From NCBI GenBank assembly GCA_947456435.1, contig CANGSG010000001.1, forward strand, positions 207-64,206: a stretch of 64,000 nt of DNA, written 5' to 3'. Position numbers and translations under genes: made by a program. Positions 10,255 through 21,391 of this stretch are shown one piece after another. Origin of the DNA: Hyphomicrobiales bacterium (GTDB lineage: Bacteria > Pseudomonadota > Alphaproteobacteria > Rhizobiales > Beijerinckiaceae). The notes under the pieces are model-generated. The model was not told the DNA's origin. It searched no databases and saw only the letters and a program-made list of their open reading frames with translations. Numbering within the stretch: position 1 is the stretch's first letter; each line of letters starts with the position of its first letter.

Positions 10255-10686
10255 TCAATCGTCTTGATCGCTTTGTTCATCGATGCGGCGAAGCGGATTA
10301 CTTAAATCACGCTGCACTTCTGGTCGACGCAACAACTCGTCGATCCGGGCGGCGGCATCCAATGTCTCGTCAATACGAAACCTTAATTCAGGTGCGAATT
10401 TCAAATCGACCCGTTGCGCCACTTCACGACGAATCAAACCGTGTTGACGCGCAAAAGCTTTCACCGCTGCCTGTTCCTGTTTCGGATCATGCAATGAGAG
10501 GTAAACCGTTGCGATTTTAAGATCGGGCGACATGCGCACTTCAGGCACTGTGATGATCGCGCCTTTGATGGTGGGATCAATAATATCGCCGCGCATTACC
10601 ATATCGGCAACAACGTGACGAACAAGTTCACCGACACGCAGCTGCCGCTGTGAAGGGCCTTGAGAAGTGGGATTGTGCTTTTTCAT
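10255..10686 (-). CDS. rbfA: ribosome-binding factor A
   Basis: QRQLRVGELVRH... RbfA signature. ATG 10686 chosen because GGAG lies 9 nt upstream; the track GTG at 10695 has no spacing to the SD. Confidence 0.9.
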   Translation of the reverse strand: MKKHNPTSQGPSQRQLRVGELVRHVVADMVMRGDIIDPTIKGAIITVPEVRMSPDLKIATVYLSLHDPKQEQAAVKAFARQHGLIRREVAQRVDLKFAPELRFRIDETLDAAARIDELLRRPEVQRDLSNPLRRIDEQSDQDD

Positions 10687-10788
10687 TTTGATCACTCCGC
10701 CTTGCCGGAGTTGAACCGGTCAGAGGGGATTTAAGAAAATTGATCCGCCACAGTGCTTTTCAATACCGTGGCGAATGAATGAAAACAA

Positions 10789-13410
10789 TTAGAGCGAACG
10801 ACGGATTTCCTGAACGCGGTAGCATTCAATGATGTCGCCTTCACGCATGTCTTGATAGTTCTCGAAGGCCATACCGCACTCCTGACCCGAGCCCACTTCT
10901 TTGACCTCGTCTTTGAAGCGCTTGAGAGTCGAGAGCTTACCTTCATGAATAACAACGTTGTCGCGGATGAGGCGGACGCTCGCACCACGTTCAACTTTGC
11001 CATCCTGAACAAGACAGCCGGCAACTTTACCAACTTTCGAAACCGCGAAGACTTGCAGAATACGGGCTTCACCGAGACGATCTTCGCGCAAGGTCGGCGC
11101 AAGGAGACCAGACATCGCCTGCTTAATATCATCAACAAGATCATAGATGATATTATAATAGCGGATTTCAGTGCCAACGCGCTCTGCAGCATCGCGCGCT
11201 TCTTTATTAGCACGGACGTTAAAGCCGATGATGGCAGCGCCTGATGCTTCCGCAAGCGTCACATCAGATTCGTTGATACCGCCAACGCCGGAATGAATAA
11301 TCCGCGCACCAACTTCATCAGTACCGAGTTTTTCAAGCGAAGAGATAATAGCTTCGACAGAACCCTGCACATCGCCTTTAACGAGAAGGACAAATTCTTT
11401 GCGACCCGAGGCTTTGAGCTGGCTCATCATATCGGAGAGCGAACCACGCGCCGCGCCAACACGAACCGCCATGCGTTCACGCTTCATGCGTTGACGATAT
11501 TCGGTGATTTCACGAGCACGCGCTTCATTCGGCACCACAGCCAAACGATCACCCGCTTCGGGTGCGCCGTTGAAGCCCAAGACTTCAACAGGAACGGATG
11601 GGCCCGCTTCCGCAATCGATGCACCAAGATCGGAAATGAGCGCGCGCACACGACCATAGTCAGAACCCGCGACAACAATATCGCCAGTATGCAATGTACC
11701 GCGCTGAACGAGGACGGTCGCAACAGGGCCACGACCACGATCAAGCTTCGCTTCAATCACGGTGCCCTCAGCTTCGCGATCAGGATTTGCTGTTAATTCA
11801 AGCACTTCCGATTGAAGGGCGATTGCATCAAGAAGCTTATCGAGATTGGTACGCTCTTTGGCCGAGACCTCGACTTCAAGCGTTTCACCGCCCATGCTTT
11901 CAACTTGTACTTCATATTGAAGAAGCTCTGTGCGCACGCGCTCAGGTTTTGCATCAGGCTTATCGATCTTATTGATGGCAACAATCATTGGGACCTTTGC
12001 GGCCTTCGCATGATTAATCGCTTCAATGGTCTGCGGCATCACACCGTCGTCAGCAGCCACAACGAGAATGACAATATCCGTTACTTTCGCGCCGCGTGCA
12101 CGCATCTGCGTGAAGGCCGCGTGGCCCGGCGTATCGATGAATGTGATCTTAGCGCCGCTCGGCGCTGTAACCTGATAGGCGCCGATATGTTGGGTAATAC
12201 CGCCGGCTTCGCCGCTCGCGACATTCGCTTTACGAATGGCATCGAGCAACGATGTCTTACCATGGTCAACGTGACCCATGATGGTGACAACTGGCGGACG
12301 AGCCTGCAATGTTTCTGAAACATCCGGCGTATCGAAGAGACCTTCTTCAACATCCGATTCAGCAACCCGCTTCACGGTGTGGCCTAATTCTTCAGCAACG
12401 AGCTGGGCGGTGTCGGCGTCAATCACGTCTGTGATCTTGACCATTTGACCCTGCTTCATCAGGAAGCGGATAACATCGACAGCACGTTCGGCCATACGAT
12501 TCGCGAGTTCCTGAATCGTAATCACTTCAGGAACTGTAACTTCGCGAGAAATTTTTTCTTTCTGCTCGACCTGATTATTGCCTTTGAGTCGTTGAACACG
12601 ACGTTTGAAAGCGGCAATCGAACGAACACGTTCTTCTTCGCCCTCGCTCGTAATGCTCGTGACAGTCAAACGGCCGCGACGGCGATCATCGGTGCGCGTT
12701 GTGCGTTCTGGCTTTGCGGGAACCGGTGCGCGCGCAGGTCCATTACCTGTGCGGCGCGCAACTTGGCGCTCATCATCTTCGGCCTCTTTAGATGTTGGAG
12801 AACGACGAGGAGCAATCGCAACACGATCGGCGGTAGGGGCTGCTTTATCAGTACCGCCTTCGCCTAGGCGACGACGGGCTTCGCTTTCGGATTTCTTTTT
12901 GACTTCATCGTCGAAACGACGACGTTCGTCTTCTTCGCGTTTACGGGCTTCAGCCGCATCACGATCAATTTTCTCACGCGCCTCACGCTCGACGCGGGTC
13001 TTAGCATCGATTTCAGCCTGCTTGCGTTCGACTTCCTCACGCTTGCGCGCTTCGGCCAATGCAAGGGCGCGCGCGTCACGCTCGTCTTCGGTCAGAGTCC
13101 GAAGAACCATGCCTGATGGTTTTTGGGCCGCTGGGGAGGCAGACGGTGCTGAGCGCGCGGGTGCGGGCGCCGGAGCAGGCGCAGCGGCCGCTTTTACGGG
13201 CGCCGCAGCGACTTTAACAGGCTCGGGTGCTGCAGGTGTTTCACCGGGTCCAACAATACGGCGTTTGACCTTCTCAACGACTACCGCCTTGGTGCGGCCA
13301 TGTGAAAAACTTTGGCGGACGACGCCCTGCTCAACCGGACGCTTCAGGCTCAGCGTTTTGGTCTGAGCCATATGCAATGTCTTGTCACCCGGTGTGTTCT
13401 TATCGGTCAT
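10789..13410 (-). CDS. infB: translation initiation factor IF-2
   Basis: 873 aa with an Ala/Pro- and Arg/Glu-rich N-terminus, GTPase domain ([21 protein letters not shown]) and the IF-2 C-terminal domains. Confidence 0.97.
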   Translation of the reverse strand: MTDKNTPGDKTLHMAQTKTLSLKRPVEQGVVRQSFSHGRTKAVVVEKVKRRIVGPGETPAAPEPVKVAAAPVKAAAAPAPAPAPARSAPSASPAAQKPSGMVLRTLTEDERDARALALAEARKREEVERKQAEIDAKTRVEREAREKIDRDAAEARKREEDERRRFDDEVKKKSESEARRRLGEGGTDKAAPTADRVAIAPRRSPTSKEAEDDERQVARRTGNGPARAPVPAKPERTTRTDDRRRGRLTVTSITSEGEEERVRSIAAFKRRVQRLKGNNQVEQKEKISREVTVPEVITIQELANRMAERAVDVIRFLMKQGQMVKITDVIDADTAQLVAEELGHTVKRVAESDVEEGLFDTPDVSETLQARPPVVTIMGHVDHGKTSLLDAIRKANVASGEAGGITQHIGAYQVTAPSGAKITFIDTPGHAAFTQMRARGAKVTDIVILVVAADDGVMPQTIEAINHAKAAKVPMIVAINKIDKPDAKPERVRTELLQYEVQVESMGGETLEVEVSAKERTNLDKLLDAIALQSEVLELTANPDREAEGTVIEAKLDRGRGPVATVLVQRGTLHTGDIVVAGSDYGRVRALISDLGASIAEAGPSVPVEVLGFNGAPEAGDRLAVVPNEARAREITEYRQRMKRERMAVRVGAARGSLSDMMSQLKASGRKEFVLLVKGDVQGSVEAIISSLEKLGTDEVGARIIHSGVGGINESDVTLAEASGAAIIGFNVRANKEARDAAERVGTEIRYYNIIYDLVDDIKQAMSGLLAPTLREDRLGEARILQVFAVSKVGKVAGCLVQDGKVERGASVRLIRDNVVIHEGKLSTLKRFKDEVKEVGSGQECGMAFENYQDMREGDIIECYRVQEIRRSL

Positions 13411-13606
13411 TCACTATCGTCCTGCGGCGAGCCGCTCGTTTCAAACGTAAAGACTGGAAAGCCCAGCCAACCTATTTTGCTCAATCCGCCCGAAATTCCG
13501 GGAAGATTATCAAATTCCAGCCCTCATAAGAGCTATTCAGGTGCGTTGCCTCTATCACATCTGGTCAACCAAATGCCAAAATATTTGCAACGCAGCCCTT
13601 TGAATA

Positions 13607-15187
13607 TCAGGCCTCACCCGCAATTTGGGGCTCTTCAGCCGGCGCCTCGATCCAGCCTGCAGATACACGAGCCTGCATGATCAAGGTTTCGGCCTCATCG
13701 CGGCTCATCTCAAATCCATCGAGATACCCCGCGTTTTTGATCGTCTCGGAGCCCTTGCGTTCGGTCCAACCGACCAGATCATCGGTCGCACAACCAGCGA
13801 GGTCTTCAATCGTTTTGACATCATTTTCGCCGAGCTTAACAAGCATCGGCAATGTCAAACCGGCAACCTCTTTCATTTCGTCCGCAACGCCCAATTCACG
13901 GCGACGGGCATCAAAGGCTGCATCACGTTCGGCAAGGTGATTGATCGCGCGGTTTTGAATTTCCGCTGCAGTTTCTTCATCAAAACCTTCGATTGATGCG
14001 AGTTCGGCTACATCAACATAAGTGAGTTCTTCAACCGACCGGAAGCCTTCGGATGCGAGGAGCTGACCAACAACTTCGTCAACATCAAGCGCGTCCATGA
14101 AGATCTGGGTTCTTTCGAGAAACTCTTTCTGACGACGCTCCGATTCTTCGGCCTCCGTCAGAATATCAATATCCCAACCGGTCAATTGCGAGGCAAGGCG
14201 GACATTTTGCCCGCGACGACCAATTGCTAAGGACAATTGATCATCAGGAACCACAACCTCAATACGCTCGGCTTCTTCGTCGAGAACAACCTTCGCCACT
14301 TCAGCCGGCTGCAACGCATTCACAATGAAGGTCGCAACATCAGGCGACCACGGAATGATGTCGATTTTTTCACCTTGCAATTCACCGACAACGGCCTGCA
14401 CGCGTGAGCCGCGCATACCGACGCAGGCGCCGACGGGATCAATCGACGAGTCACGAGAGATAACGGCGATCTTTGCCCGCGAACCTGGATCACGCGCGAC
14501 CGCTTTCACGGTGATAATACCATCATAAATTTCAGGCACTTCTTGTGCAAAAAGTTTTGCCATGAATTGCGGATGTGTGCGCGAGAGAAAGATCTGCGGA
14601 CCGCGTGCTTCGCGACGTACATCAAAAACAAAAGCACGGATACGATCGCCCGGACGAAACACCTCGCGAGGGATCAATTCATCACGACGAACAATGCCTT
14701 CTGAACGTCCGAGATCGACAATCACATTTCCATATTCAACACGCTTAACGACACCATTGATGATTTCACCAATACGATCTTTATATTCTTCATATTGGCG
14801 ATCACGCTCGGCATCGCGCACTTTTTGTACGATCACTTGTTTTGCAGATTGTGCAGCAATACGACCCAAATCAAAAGGCGGAAGCTTATCGGCGATGATG
14901 TCGCCAAGCTGCGCAGCAGGATTTGAGCGACGCGCATCGTCAAGAGAAATTTCAACGGAAGGATTATCGACCGCTTCAACCACGAGCAGATGCCGCCACA
15001 AGCGCAATTCGCCGGTTTTCGGATCAATCTCGGCGCGCACATTGGTTTCCATGCCGTAGCGCGAACGGGCAGCCTTGGCATAGGCTTCTTCCATCGAAGC
15101 CAGAACGATCTGACGATCGATCAGTTTCTCACGCGCCACTGCATCGGCGATCTGCAAAAGCTCAAGCCGGTTTGCGCTGACTGCCAT
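13607..15187 (-). CDS. nusA: transcription termination/antitermination factor NusA
   Basis: NusA N-terminal, S1, KH1/KH2 and C-terminal HhH repeats. ATG 15187 ([17 protein letters not shown]) has GGAGA 6 nt upstream. Confidence 0.97.
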   Translation of the reverse strand: MAVSANRLELLQIADAVAREKLIDRQIVLASMEEAYAKAARSRYGMETNVRAEIDPKTGELRLWRHLLVVEAVDNPSVEISLDDARRSNPAAQLGDIIADKLPPFDLGRIAAQSAKQVIVQKVRDAERDRQYEEYKDRIGEIINGVVKRVEYGNVIVDLGRSEGIVRRDELIPREVFRPGDRIRAFVFDVRREARGPQIFLSRTHPQFMAKLFAQEVPEIYDGIITVKAVARDPGSRAKIAVISRDSSIDPVGACVGMRGSRVQAVVGELQGEKIDIIPWSPDVATFIVNALQPAEVAKVVLDEEAERIEVVVPDDQLSLAIGRRGQNVRLASQLTGWDIDILTEAEESERRQKEFLERTQIFMDALDVDEVVGQLLASEGFRSVEELTYVDVAELASIEGFDEETAAEIQNRAINHLAERDAAFDARRRELGVADEMKEVAGLTLPMLVKLGENDVKTIEDLAGCATDDLVGWTERKGSETIKNAGYLDGFEMSRDEAETLIMQARVSAGWIEAPAEEPQIAGEA

Positions 15188-15890
15188 GGACATTCTCCTT
15201 TTCTAACGATCTCAAGCCTGCACCCTTTTTGTCTTTCTGCAGGCGTTGCGATTTTTGTTTAGGTTTCTCCGCATCAGCGGAAGATTCTGTTGATTGAGAC
15301 AACGTATCGTCGGCGCCTCGACGAAGCGCTTTATCGCGTCGCAATGACTCGCGAATGAGTTCATCGGTCAAAATGAGATGGGCTTCGACAATATCAGACA
15401 AAGGCATATCGACCAAAATGTCTTCATCAGGCTTTGTATCAATGCGCTCTAGTTTTACCGCATGATCGGAAACACCGCGCAGATATCCTTTATGACGTTT
15501 TCGTCCGAAAGTGGGACGAGTCATTTCGATACGGGCCTGGTAGCCGGTCCATTTTTCGAAATCTGATCGCCGCACTAAGGGACGGTCAATGCCCGGCGAC
15601 GAGATTTCAAGATTATAAGCGCCGCCGACTGGATCATCGAGATCTAGCACCGGCGAAATCGCACGGCTGACCGCCTCACATTCATCGATGCCCATCGATC
15701 CATCAGGGCGTTCGGCCATGATTTGAACAGTACAGCCATTCATGGATGAGACGCGGACGCGCACAAGACGAAAGCCCAACGCTTCGATCGCGGGCTCGAC
15801 AATACGGCCGACTGCTCCGGCAACGCCGTTGTCTTCTGTCAGTCTGTCCTCGTGTTCAACCACGCGTGAATCGTCCAGCCCGGTAGGCAA
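15162..15890 (-). CDS. rimP: ribosome maturation factor RimP (start uncertain; Lys-rich C-terminal tail overlaps nusA by 26 nt)
   Basis: LGF.LVRVR......[10 protein letters not shown]...[17 protein letters not shown]....[12 protein letters not shown]. The track TTG 15890 directly abuts a T-run and has no SD. GTG 15863, with GGACGA 7 nt upstream, is an alternative start. Confidence 0.85.
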   Translation of the reverse strand: MPTGLDDSRVVEHEDRLTEDNGVAGAVGRIVEPAIEALGFRLVRVRVSSMNGCTVQIMAERPDGSMGIDECEAVSRAISPVLDLDDPVGGAYNLEISSPGIDRPLVRRSDFEKWTGYQARIEMTRPTFGRKRHKGYLRGVSDHAVKLERIDTKPDEDILVDMPLSDIVEAHLILTDELIRESLRRDKALRRGADDTLSQSTESSADAEKPKQKSQRLQKDKKGAGLRSLEKENVHGSQRKPA

Positions 15891-15921
15891 TAAAAAAGAG
15901 CGGGTCCGGGCGGGCCCACTC
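15891..15921 (-). terminator. terminator-like hairpin in the rimP-nusA-infB leader (possible attenuator)
   Basis: Minus strand reads GAGUGGGCCC-GCCC-GGACCCGCUC (9 of 10 positions pair, one of them a G-U wobble, with one C-A mismatch), followed by U6AUU. It lies immediately 5' of the rimP ORF. Confidence 0.55.
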
Positions 15922-16077
15922 TCAAAAATCGGTCATTAACCGTTATGAGGTGTCTTATCGACAAGTGGTCCAATACTCCACCAGACGCTATTTTTCAAGC
16001 AAAACCTTCTAAGCCTTCTCGCATACACGTTTTGGTTACCCCTGCCGGTTAGGATCATCGCCAATCAAGAGACAGCG

Positions 16078-17157
16078 ATGAGCCCTATTTCTTCCCTCGT
16101 GACCGATATCGAAGCCGCCCTTCAGGATGCTGATGGCGAGCGGCGCACATTATTGCTGCACCGGATCACCAATCTTTTTATCGAACAGCTTCCCGATTTG
16201 AATGACGACCACGTGTCGGTTTTCGATGAGGTCATCCTCTGCCTCGCGGTTGAAATCGAACTGGCGGCGCGGATCGAATTATCGGAAAAACTTGCAGATT
16301 TAACCCGTGGGCCTCGTCAAACCGTCCAGAATTTGGCTCTGGATCAAGAAATTCGCGTGGCAAAGCCTATTCTAGAGAGAAGTCCCTGTGTCGAAGCCGA
16401 GAGCCTGCGGACCATTGCACAACATCGTTCGGAAGCTTTTCTTGACGCGCTCTCCCGCCGGAAACGCCTACCAAGCCAAGTAACGGATATCCTTGCGCAC
16501 AGGGGCGGGGAAGCGGTCATCCAAAGGATCCTCCAGAATTCGAGTCTGGAATTGTCAGAATTAGGTTTACGAGCACTTGCCGACCGCGCCACGACCGATT
16601 CTCGGCTCTATCGGGCGCTCAAAAGCCGTCCTGATCTGGCTTTGCGCCATATTGGGGCCATTCTTGAGGCAGCAAAGCAAAAAGCGCGCACCGAGATCCG
16701 CGATTTAACCGACCAGATCGAGCTCATCGACCATGCGATCGATGTGGGCGCCGCCGCGGTTATGATCAATCCTGCGATTCTCGAACTGGCTGACTATGTA
16801 AAGCCCGAAACACAGGATGAGGCGTTTCTGTTCTCCCGGGCTCCCCGAGAAGGCGAAGTTGTTGCTTTAATCAATCACGGCCGGATCAACGAAGCTCTGG
16901 CCGCCATAGCGCATTTGGCGGGTTTACCGCGAGAAACCGTCAAACATGCCTATGGTTCACCGCATTTTGACCCGCTTTTGTTCATTGTGAGGGCTGTCGA
17001 CTTTCAATGGTCGAGTTTTCTAACCCTGCTCAAAGCAAAAAATGGCGGTTCGCTTTCACAAGCGCATCAAGACAGCGCCTTTTCGAGCTTTCATGCTCTC
17101 TCGCTGTCCACAGCACGGCGGGTGATGCGGTTTATTTCTGCTCGAGCAGCTGCTTAG
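16078..17157 (+). CDS. DUF2336 domain protein
   Basis: 359 aa, helical-repeat-like. Its composition and position match the DUF2336 proteins common in Rhizobiales and Rhodospirillales. Recognised from memory only. Confidence 0.65.
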   Translation: MSPISSLVTDIEAALQDADGERRTLLLHRITNLFIEQLPDLNDDHVSVFDEVILCLAVEIELAARIELSEKLADLTRGPRQTVQNLALDQEIRVAKPILERSPCVEAESLRTIAQHRSEAFLDALSRRKRLPSQVTDILAHRGGEAVIQRILQNSSLELSELGLRALADRATTDSRLYRALKSRPDLALRHIGAILEAAKQKARTEIRDLTDQIELIDHAIDVGAAAVMINPAILELADYVKPETQDEAFLFSRAPREGEVVALINHGRINEALAAIAHLAGLPRETVKHAYGSPHFDPLLFIVRAVDFQWSSFLTLLKAKNGGSLSQAHQDSAFSSFHALSLSTARRVMRFISARAAA

Positions 17158-17888
17158 CGGCGCTTAAAGGTTAAATAGGAAGAGCGGCGGCCTTCGCGGC
17201 GCGCCTTGGCTTCGTATCGGGTCTGAATCCAATCCGTCCACGGCTTTCGCCAGTCTTCCGGACCTTTCGCCGTCCAAGTTAAAGAGCTCGACCGGAAGAT
17301 ATGGGTCAATGTCCATCCGGCATAATGATCGATATCGGTCGCAAAACGGAGCTCGCCACCCGATTTCAGCGCCTTTGCTAGTAATTCAACGGTTAAATCG
17401 GAGATAAAGCGACGTTTGTTCTGGCGACGCTTTGGCCAGGGATCGGGATAAAGAATGAAAATTCGGTCGAGCGAGGCGGGCGCCAGGGCCTTCAACAATT
17501 CGACGGCATCGGAGTCGAACACTCTGATATTTTTGATATTCTCGTTCTCAATAGCCGCCACCATCTTCGCCATTCCATTGACGAATGGCTCGCAGCCAAT
17601 AAAGCCGGTTTGAGGATTAAGGCGGGCTTGATGGAGGAGATGCTCACCACCGCCAAAGCCGATTTCGAGCGCCAAAGTCGTCACAGGCACCGAAAACAAG
17701 GAAGCCGGATCAAGTCCGTCTGATAAAGGCACACGCAAATGCGGCAAGAGGCGGTCAATCAGACCGCCCCTTGTATCCGTAAGGCGCTTGCCCTTGCGAC
17801 GCCCGAAAAAGGCGCGATCAGGCCGCTCGCTGAGATCAGAGCTCAAAGACGCTTCTTGATCGCGTCGGCGATGTCGGTCTTTTCCCAA
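17154..17888 (-). CDS. trmB: tRNA (guanine-N7)-methyltransferase
   Basis: [26 protein letters not shown] motifs. The track start overlaps metK by 46 nt. An in-frame TTG at 17846 overlapping the metK stop (TTGA) is an alternative. Confidence 0.9.
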   Translation of the reverse strand: MGKDRHRRRDQEASLSSDLSERPDRAFFGRRKGKRLTDTRGGLIDRLLPHLRVPLSDGLDPASLFSVPVTTLALEIGFGGGEHLLHQARLNPQTGFIGCEPFVNGMAKMVAAIENENIKNIRVFDSDAVELLKALAPASLDRIFILYPDPWPKRRQNKRRFISDLTVELLAKALKSGGELRFATDIDHYAGWTLTHIFRSSSLTWTAKGPEDWRKPWTDWIQTRYEAKARREGRRSSYLTFKRR

Positions 17889-19045
17889 GAAAAGCCGCCA
17901 TCGGCATCGGGCTTGCGACCGAAATGGCCATAAGATGATGTCCGCGCATAGATCGGCTTATTGAGATCGAGATGTTTACGGATACCGCGGGGGGTCAAAT
18001 CCATCACGTCGCCCGATTCGAAAATCTGCTCGATCTTGGCTTCGTCAACCTGACCCGTTCCGTGGAAGTCGGCATAGATCGAAAGCGGACGCGCAACGCC
18101 GATCGCGTAAGACAATTGGATTGTGCAACGTTCGGCAACGCCCGAAGCGACAACATTTTTGGCGAGATAACGCGCGGCGTAAGCTGCCGAACGATCCACC
18201 TTGGTCGGATCCTTGCCTGAGAACGCACCGCCACCATGCGGCGCGGCGCCACCGTAAGTGTCGACGATGATCTTGCGGCCAGTAAGACCCGAATCGCCAT
18301 CAGGACCGCCGATGAAGAATTTTCCGGTCGGATTGATGTGCCAAACCGTGTCCTTGCTGATCCAGCCTTCTGGAAGCGCCTTGCGGACATAAGGCTCCAC
18401 AAGCTCGCGGACCTGATGGGACGACATAGATTCGATCAAATGCTGATGCGAGACAACGATCTGCGTCACACCCACAGGCTTACCACCGGCGTAACGAATG
18501 GTGACCTGGCTCTTTGAATCAGGACCCAGCACTTTTTCTGTATTCGAATGACGCGCTTCTGAAATCAGGCGCAGGATTTTATGCGCATAATAAATTGGTG
18601 CCGGCATCAAATCTTCGGTCTCGCGGCAGGCATAGCCGAACATGATGCCTTGGTCGCCGGCACCTTCTTCTTGATTGGTCGGCTGGCGCGCATCGACACC
18701 CTGCGCAATATCCGCGGATTGGCCATGCAGCAGCACTTCAATATCGGCGTGATCCCAATGGAAACCGTCTTGTTCATAACCAATATCGCGGATCGCCATA
18801 CGAGCGGTATGGGCAATCCAATCCTTGGTCACGGTTGAAGGGCCGCGCGTCTCGCCGGCAATCACAACCTTGTTCGTTGTTGCCAGTGTTTCGCAGGCGG
18901 CGCGAATGTCCCATTCGCTAATGCCCGACTTCGGACCTTCGCGATAAAAAAGATCGACGATTTCATCGGAAATCCGGTCACAAACCTTGTCGGGATGACC
19001 TTCAGAAACAGATTCACTGGTGAAAAAATAATCGGAACGGGCCAC
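17843..19045 (-). CDS. metK: S-adenosylmethionine synthase
   Basis: [35 protein letters not shown] motifs. GTG start with GGAGG 6 nt upstream. Confidence 0.97.
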   Translation of the reverse strand: MARSDYFFTSESVSEGHPDKVCDRISDEIVDLFYREGPKSGISEWDIRAACETLATTNKVVIAGETRGPSTVTKDWIAHTARMAIRDIGYEQDGFHWDHADIEVLLHGQSADIAQGVDARQPTNQEEGAGDQGIMFGYACRETEDLMPAPIYYAHKILRLISEARHSNTEKVLGPDSKSQVTIRYAGGKPVGVTQIVVSHQHLIESMSSHQVRELVEPYVRKALPEGWISKDTVWHINPTGKFFIGGPDGDSGLTGRKIIVDTYGGAAPHGGGAFSGKDPTKVDRSAAYAARYLAKNVVASGVAERCTIQLSYAIGVARPLSIYADFHGTGQVDEAKIEQIFESGDVMDLTPRGIRKHLDLNKPIYARTSSYGHFGRKPDADGGFSWEKTDIADAIKKRL

Positions 19046-19180
19046 TGCATGCCTCCGGAGATTGGCGCAAAATCAAGGCCGCAAAAGCGACCTTCTTCGC
19101 GTCTCCGTGGCAGGTGGGATTCTATAAGTCAAGCTGAAATAAAGAACGTGTTTTATAAAACAAACGATATCGTTCTTTAT

Positions 19181-19636
19181 TCAGGCTGCTATCTCATCGC
19201 CCGCGATGGCGGTCACTAATTCGACTACACGACGACGCAATTTCGCATCTTTAATTTTCAAAAATGCGCGGTTGAGTTGGACCCCCTCATTGGTCGCCAA
19301 AAAGTCAGCAACATAGGTCGCGTCACCCTGATCGTCGAAACCATTTCCACCGGGCGGCTTCTCGCTTAATTGCGGCGCGCCTTCAAAAAAATATTCGACC
19401 GGAACACCCAAGATTCGAGAGATCTGTTGCAGCCGGCTTGCGCCGATCCGGTTCATTCCCTTTTCATATTTTTGGATCTGCTGGAACGTCAGCTGTAATT
19501 GCTCACCGAGCTTTTCTTGGCTCATACCCAAGAGAATGCGACGCATTCTCACGCGACTGCCAACATGCCGATCGACCGGATTAGGGGTCTTTTTTACCAC
19601 TGGGGATCCCGACTCTTCTTGCAAAATGGACCTCAC
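19181..19636 (-). CDS. XRE-family helix-turn-helix transcriptional regulator
   Basis: HVGSRVRMRRILLGMSQEKLGEQLQLTFQQIQKYEKGMNRIGASRL is a classic Cro/C1 HTH; 151 aa. Confidence 0.8.
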   Translation of the reverse strand: MRSILQEESGSPVVKKTPNPVDRHVGSRVRMRRILLGMSQEKLGEQLQLTFQQIQKYEKGMNRIGASRLQQISRILGVPVEYFFEGAPQLSEKPPGGNGFDDQGDATYVADFLATNEGVQLNRAFLKIKDAKLRRRVVELVTAIAGDEIAA

Positions 19637-19781
19637 TGATTCAAGCGCCGGAATGTAAAAAATATCCGCGCTACTCGCCTAATTGTCTCAGGATCAAGAA
19701 AGGTGTTTTGCCACCAAACCGCCGGAGCAATTCGATAAGCAAATCAACCTTGACGAGTGAACAGTATAATTTACATCCAAT

Positions 19782-21389
19782 CTAGCGATCAGAGGTTGCA
19801 CTAATGGATCTTACCCGTCTAGGTGTTATTTGACCTAGCGTAAACAGGATACAGACCAATCCCATAAAAAGCGACAGAGCTGAAATCGGACCTGCCGAAA
19901 TGCGCGAATAGAGTGTCTCGGGAAGCGCTTTGGGTAAATCACCGTCAATTATGCCACGTTCACCAAGCTCAATCCGCGCATGTTCCCGACCATAGGGATC
20001 AATGATAGCTGATATTCCATTATTGGCGGCGCGAATAAGTGGCACACCTTGCTCAATGGCCCTCAACCGAGCCTGCGCAAAATGTTGGTAGGGACCCGGC
20101 GTCAGCCCAAACCACGCATCATTAGTTACGTTCAGTAAGACACCTGGTCGTAGCCCGTCAGATAAACGCGTTTCTTCAGGGAAAATAGCTTCATAACAAA
20201 TCAGCGGCAAAGTTAGCGGCCATGACGGAACTCTAAGAGGCTTTCTTTCCTGCGCAGCCGTAAATCCACCGGGGGCAGCAATAAAATTTCGTAAGCCAAA
20301 AAAATCGATCATCGTCTCGAAGGGCAGATATTCGCCAAACGGAACGAGATGTACTTTGTCGACTGATGCGGTGATCACTCCAAATTCATCAAGCACTTGA
20401 ATCGAATTAAAATAAAATCGATCAGATTTATCGGGTTTATTTTCTGCTCTTACAGCTCCCGTTAACAAAACCGTGCCTTTAGGAAGAATATGGCTGATTT
20501 CTTCTCGCGCTTTGGGTGAATGATCAAGAAGAAAGGGGAAAGCCGTCTCAGGCCAGATAAGATGCGTAATGTCTTTCATACCCTCTGCAGAAGGGTAAGA
20601 ACCGCGCGTGCTCAATGAGAGATAGGCTGTTAGAATTCGCGCTGCATAGTCTTTATCAAATTTCTCGTCCTGCGCGATCGCGGGCTGCATTATGCGAATA
20701 CGCACCCCTGAAACCGGTTCACTTTGTGGCGCATCAAGACGCTGGCTTCCAAAGAGATAAAGTGTGGTAAGGCCAGAGAAAAAGAAAAGGGGCCCAATAA
20801 GACGGATCGATTTTTGTTTTTCACTGACAAATAGAATTGGCGATGCAAAGATAAGAATCGTCAGAAAATTCAAACCGCTCAATCCAATAACAGATGCGAT
20901 CTGAGATAATTCAAGCGAACTTCCCAAGATCATGCCAAGCGCATTCCACGGAAAGCCCGTAAAGATCTGACCGCGCAAGAGCTCTGTTGTTGTTAAAATT
21001 ATTGAGAAAATCAAAATTCGATAAGGGCCTGCTCGCCAAAGATAAAAACTTAAAGCGAACGCGATTGCAAAAAACAGAGCTAAAATGAGAGGAAGGCCGA
21101 CAATAGCCAACGGCATCGCCCATAGAAATTGTTTCTCGATAAGAAAGGCCGTACCTATCCACCAAAGCCCTGCCAAAAAATAACCAAAACCAAACGACCA
21201 GCCGGAGAGAAAAGCGCCTTTGGCTGATTCACAATAATCGAGGCGAATGATGGCTAAGCCCATCGGTAGTATAAAAACCGGCCATAGGCCGAAAGGCGGA
21301 AGGCTAAGTGCCCCTATAGCACCAGACATAAAAAGGAAACTGTTCCACCGAGATGGGGCTTGTCTTAACCAATTGATTAAGTACGTCAA
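19782..21389 (-). CDS. lnt: apolipoprotein N-acyltransferase
   Basis: 535 aa with a multi-pass membrane N-terminus plus a CN-hydrolase domain (ICYEAIFPEE, NDAWFG). Confidence 0.9.
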   Translation of the reverse strand: MTYLINWLRQAPSRWNSFLFMSGAIGALSLPPFGLWPVFILPMGLAIIRLDYCESAKGAFLSGWSFGFGYFLAGLWWIGTAFLIEKQFLWAMPLAIVGLPLILALFFAIAFALSFYLWRAGPYRILIFSIILTTTELLRGQIFTGFPWNALGMILGSSLELSQIASVIGLSGLNFLTILIFASPILFVSEKQKSIRLIGPLFFFSGLTTLYLFGSQRLDAPQSEPVSGVRIRIMQPAIAQDEKFDKDYAARILTAYLSLSTRGSYPSAEGMKDITHLIWPETAFPFLLDHSPKAREEISHILPKGTVLLTGAVRAENKPDKSDRFYFNSIQVLDEFGVITASVDKVHLVPFGEYLPFETMIDFFGLRNFIAAPGGFTAAQERKPLRVPSWPLTLPLICYEAIFPEETRLSDGLRPGVLLNVTNDAWFGLTPGPYQHFAQARLRAIEQGVPLIRAANNGISAIIDPYGREHARIELGERGIIDGDLPKALPETLYSRISAGPISALSLFMGLVCILFTLGQITPRRVRSISATSDR

Positions 21390-21391
21390 TC

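Noticed and set aside
12605-13366. 253-aa ORF on the plus strand, antisense to infB
   Set aside because: It lies entirely inside the well-supported infB gene. The product is an Arg/Ser/Ala-rich low-complexity string typical of a shadow frame opposite a GC-biased gene, with no start context or motif.
13411-13606. The nusA-infB spacer lacks the YlxR/DUF448 gene found at this position in many bacteria
   Set aside because: All three minus-strand frames contain stops and there is no remnant of the RTCxGCR motif. Absence of the gene is not unusual enough to report as a finding.
15343-15352. Single GTCATTGCGA core (reverse strand) inside rimP
   Set aside because: It is an isolated 10-mer within a coding sequence with no flanking palindrome, which is consistent with chance.
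19046-19136. Possible SAM-responsive riboswitch (SAM-II or SAM/SAH type) in the metK leader
   Set aside because: The leader can form a CGGAGA/UCUCCG helix that touches the SD, and it has two UUUUGCG repeats. I cannot reproduce a known SAM-II, SAM-V or SAM/SAH consensus from memory. It needs cmscan, so no call is made.
19782-21389. Lower GC in lnt (and likewise in murJ 29489-31018 and the dnaQ-hemJ block) as a possible sign of horizontal transfer
   Set aside because: These are core genes in conserved synteny. The AT bias fits membrane-protein composition and origin-proximal sequence, and there are no flanking mobility genes, tRNA integration scars or direct repeats.
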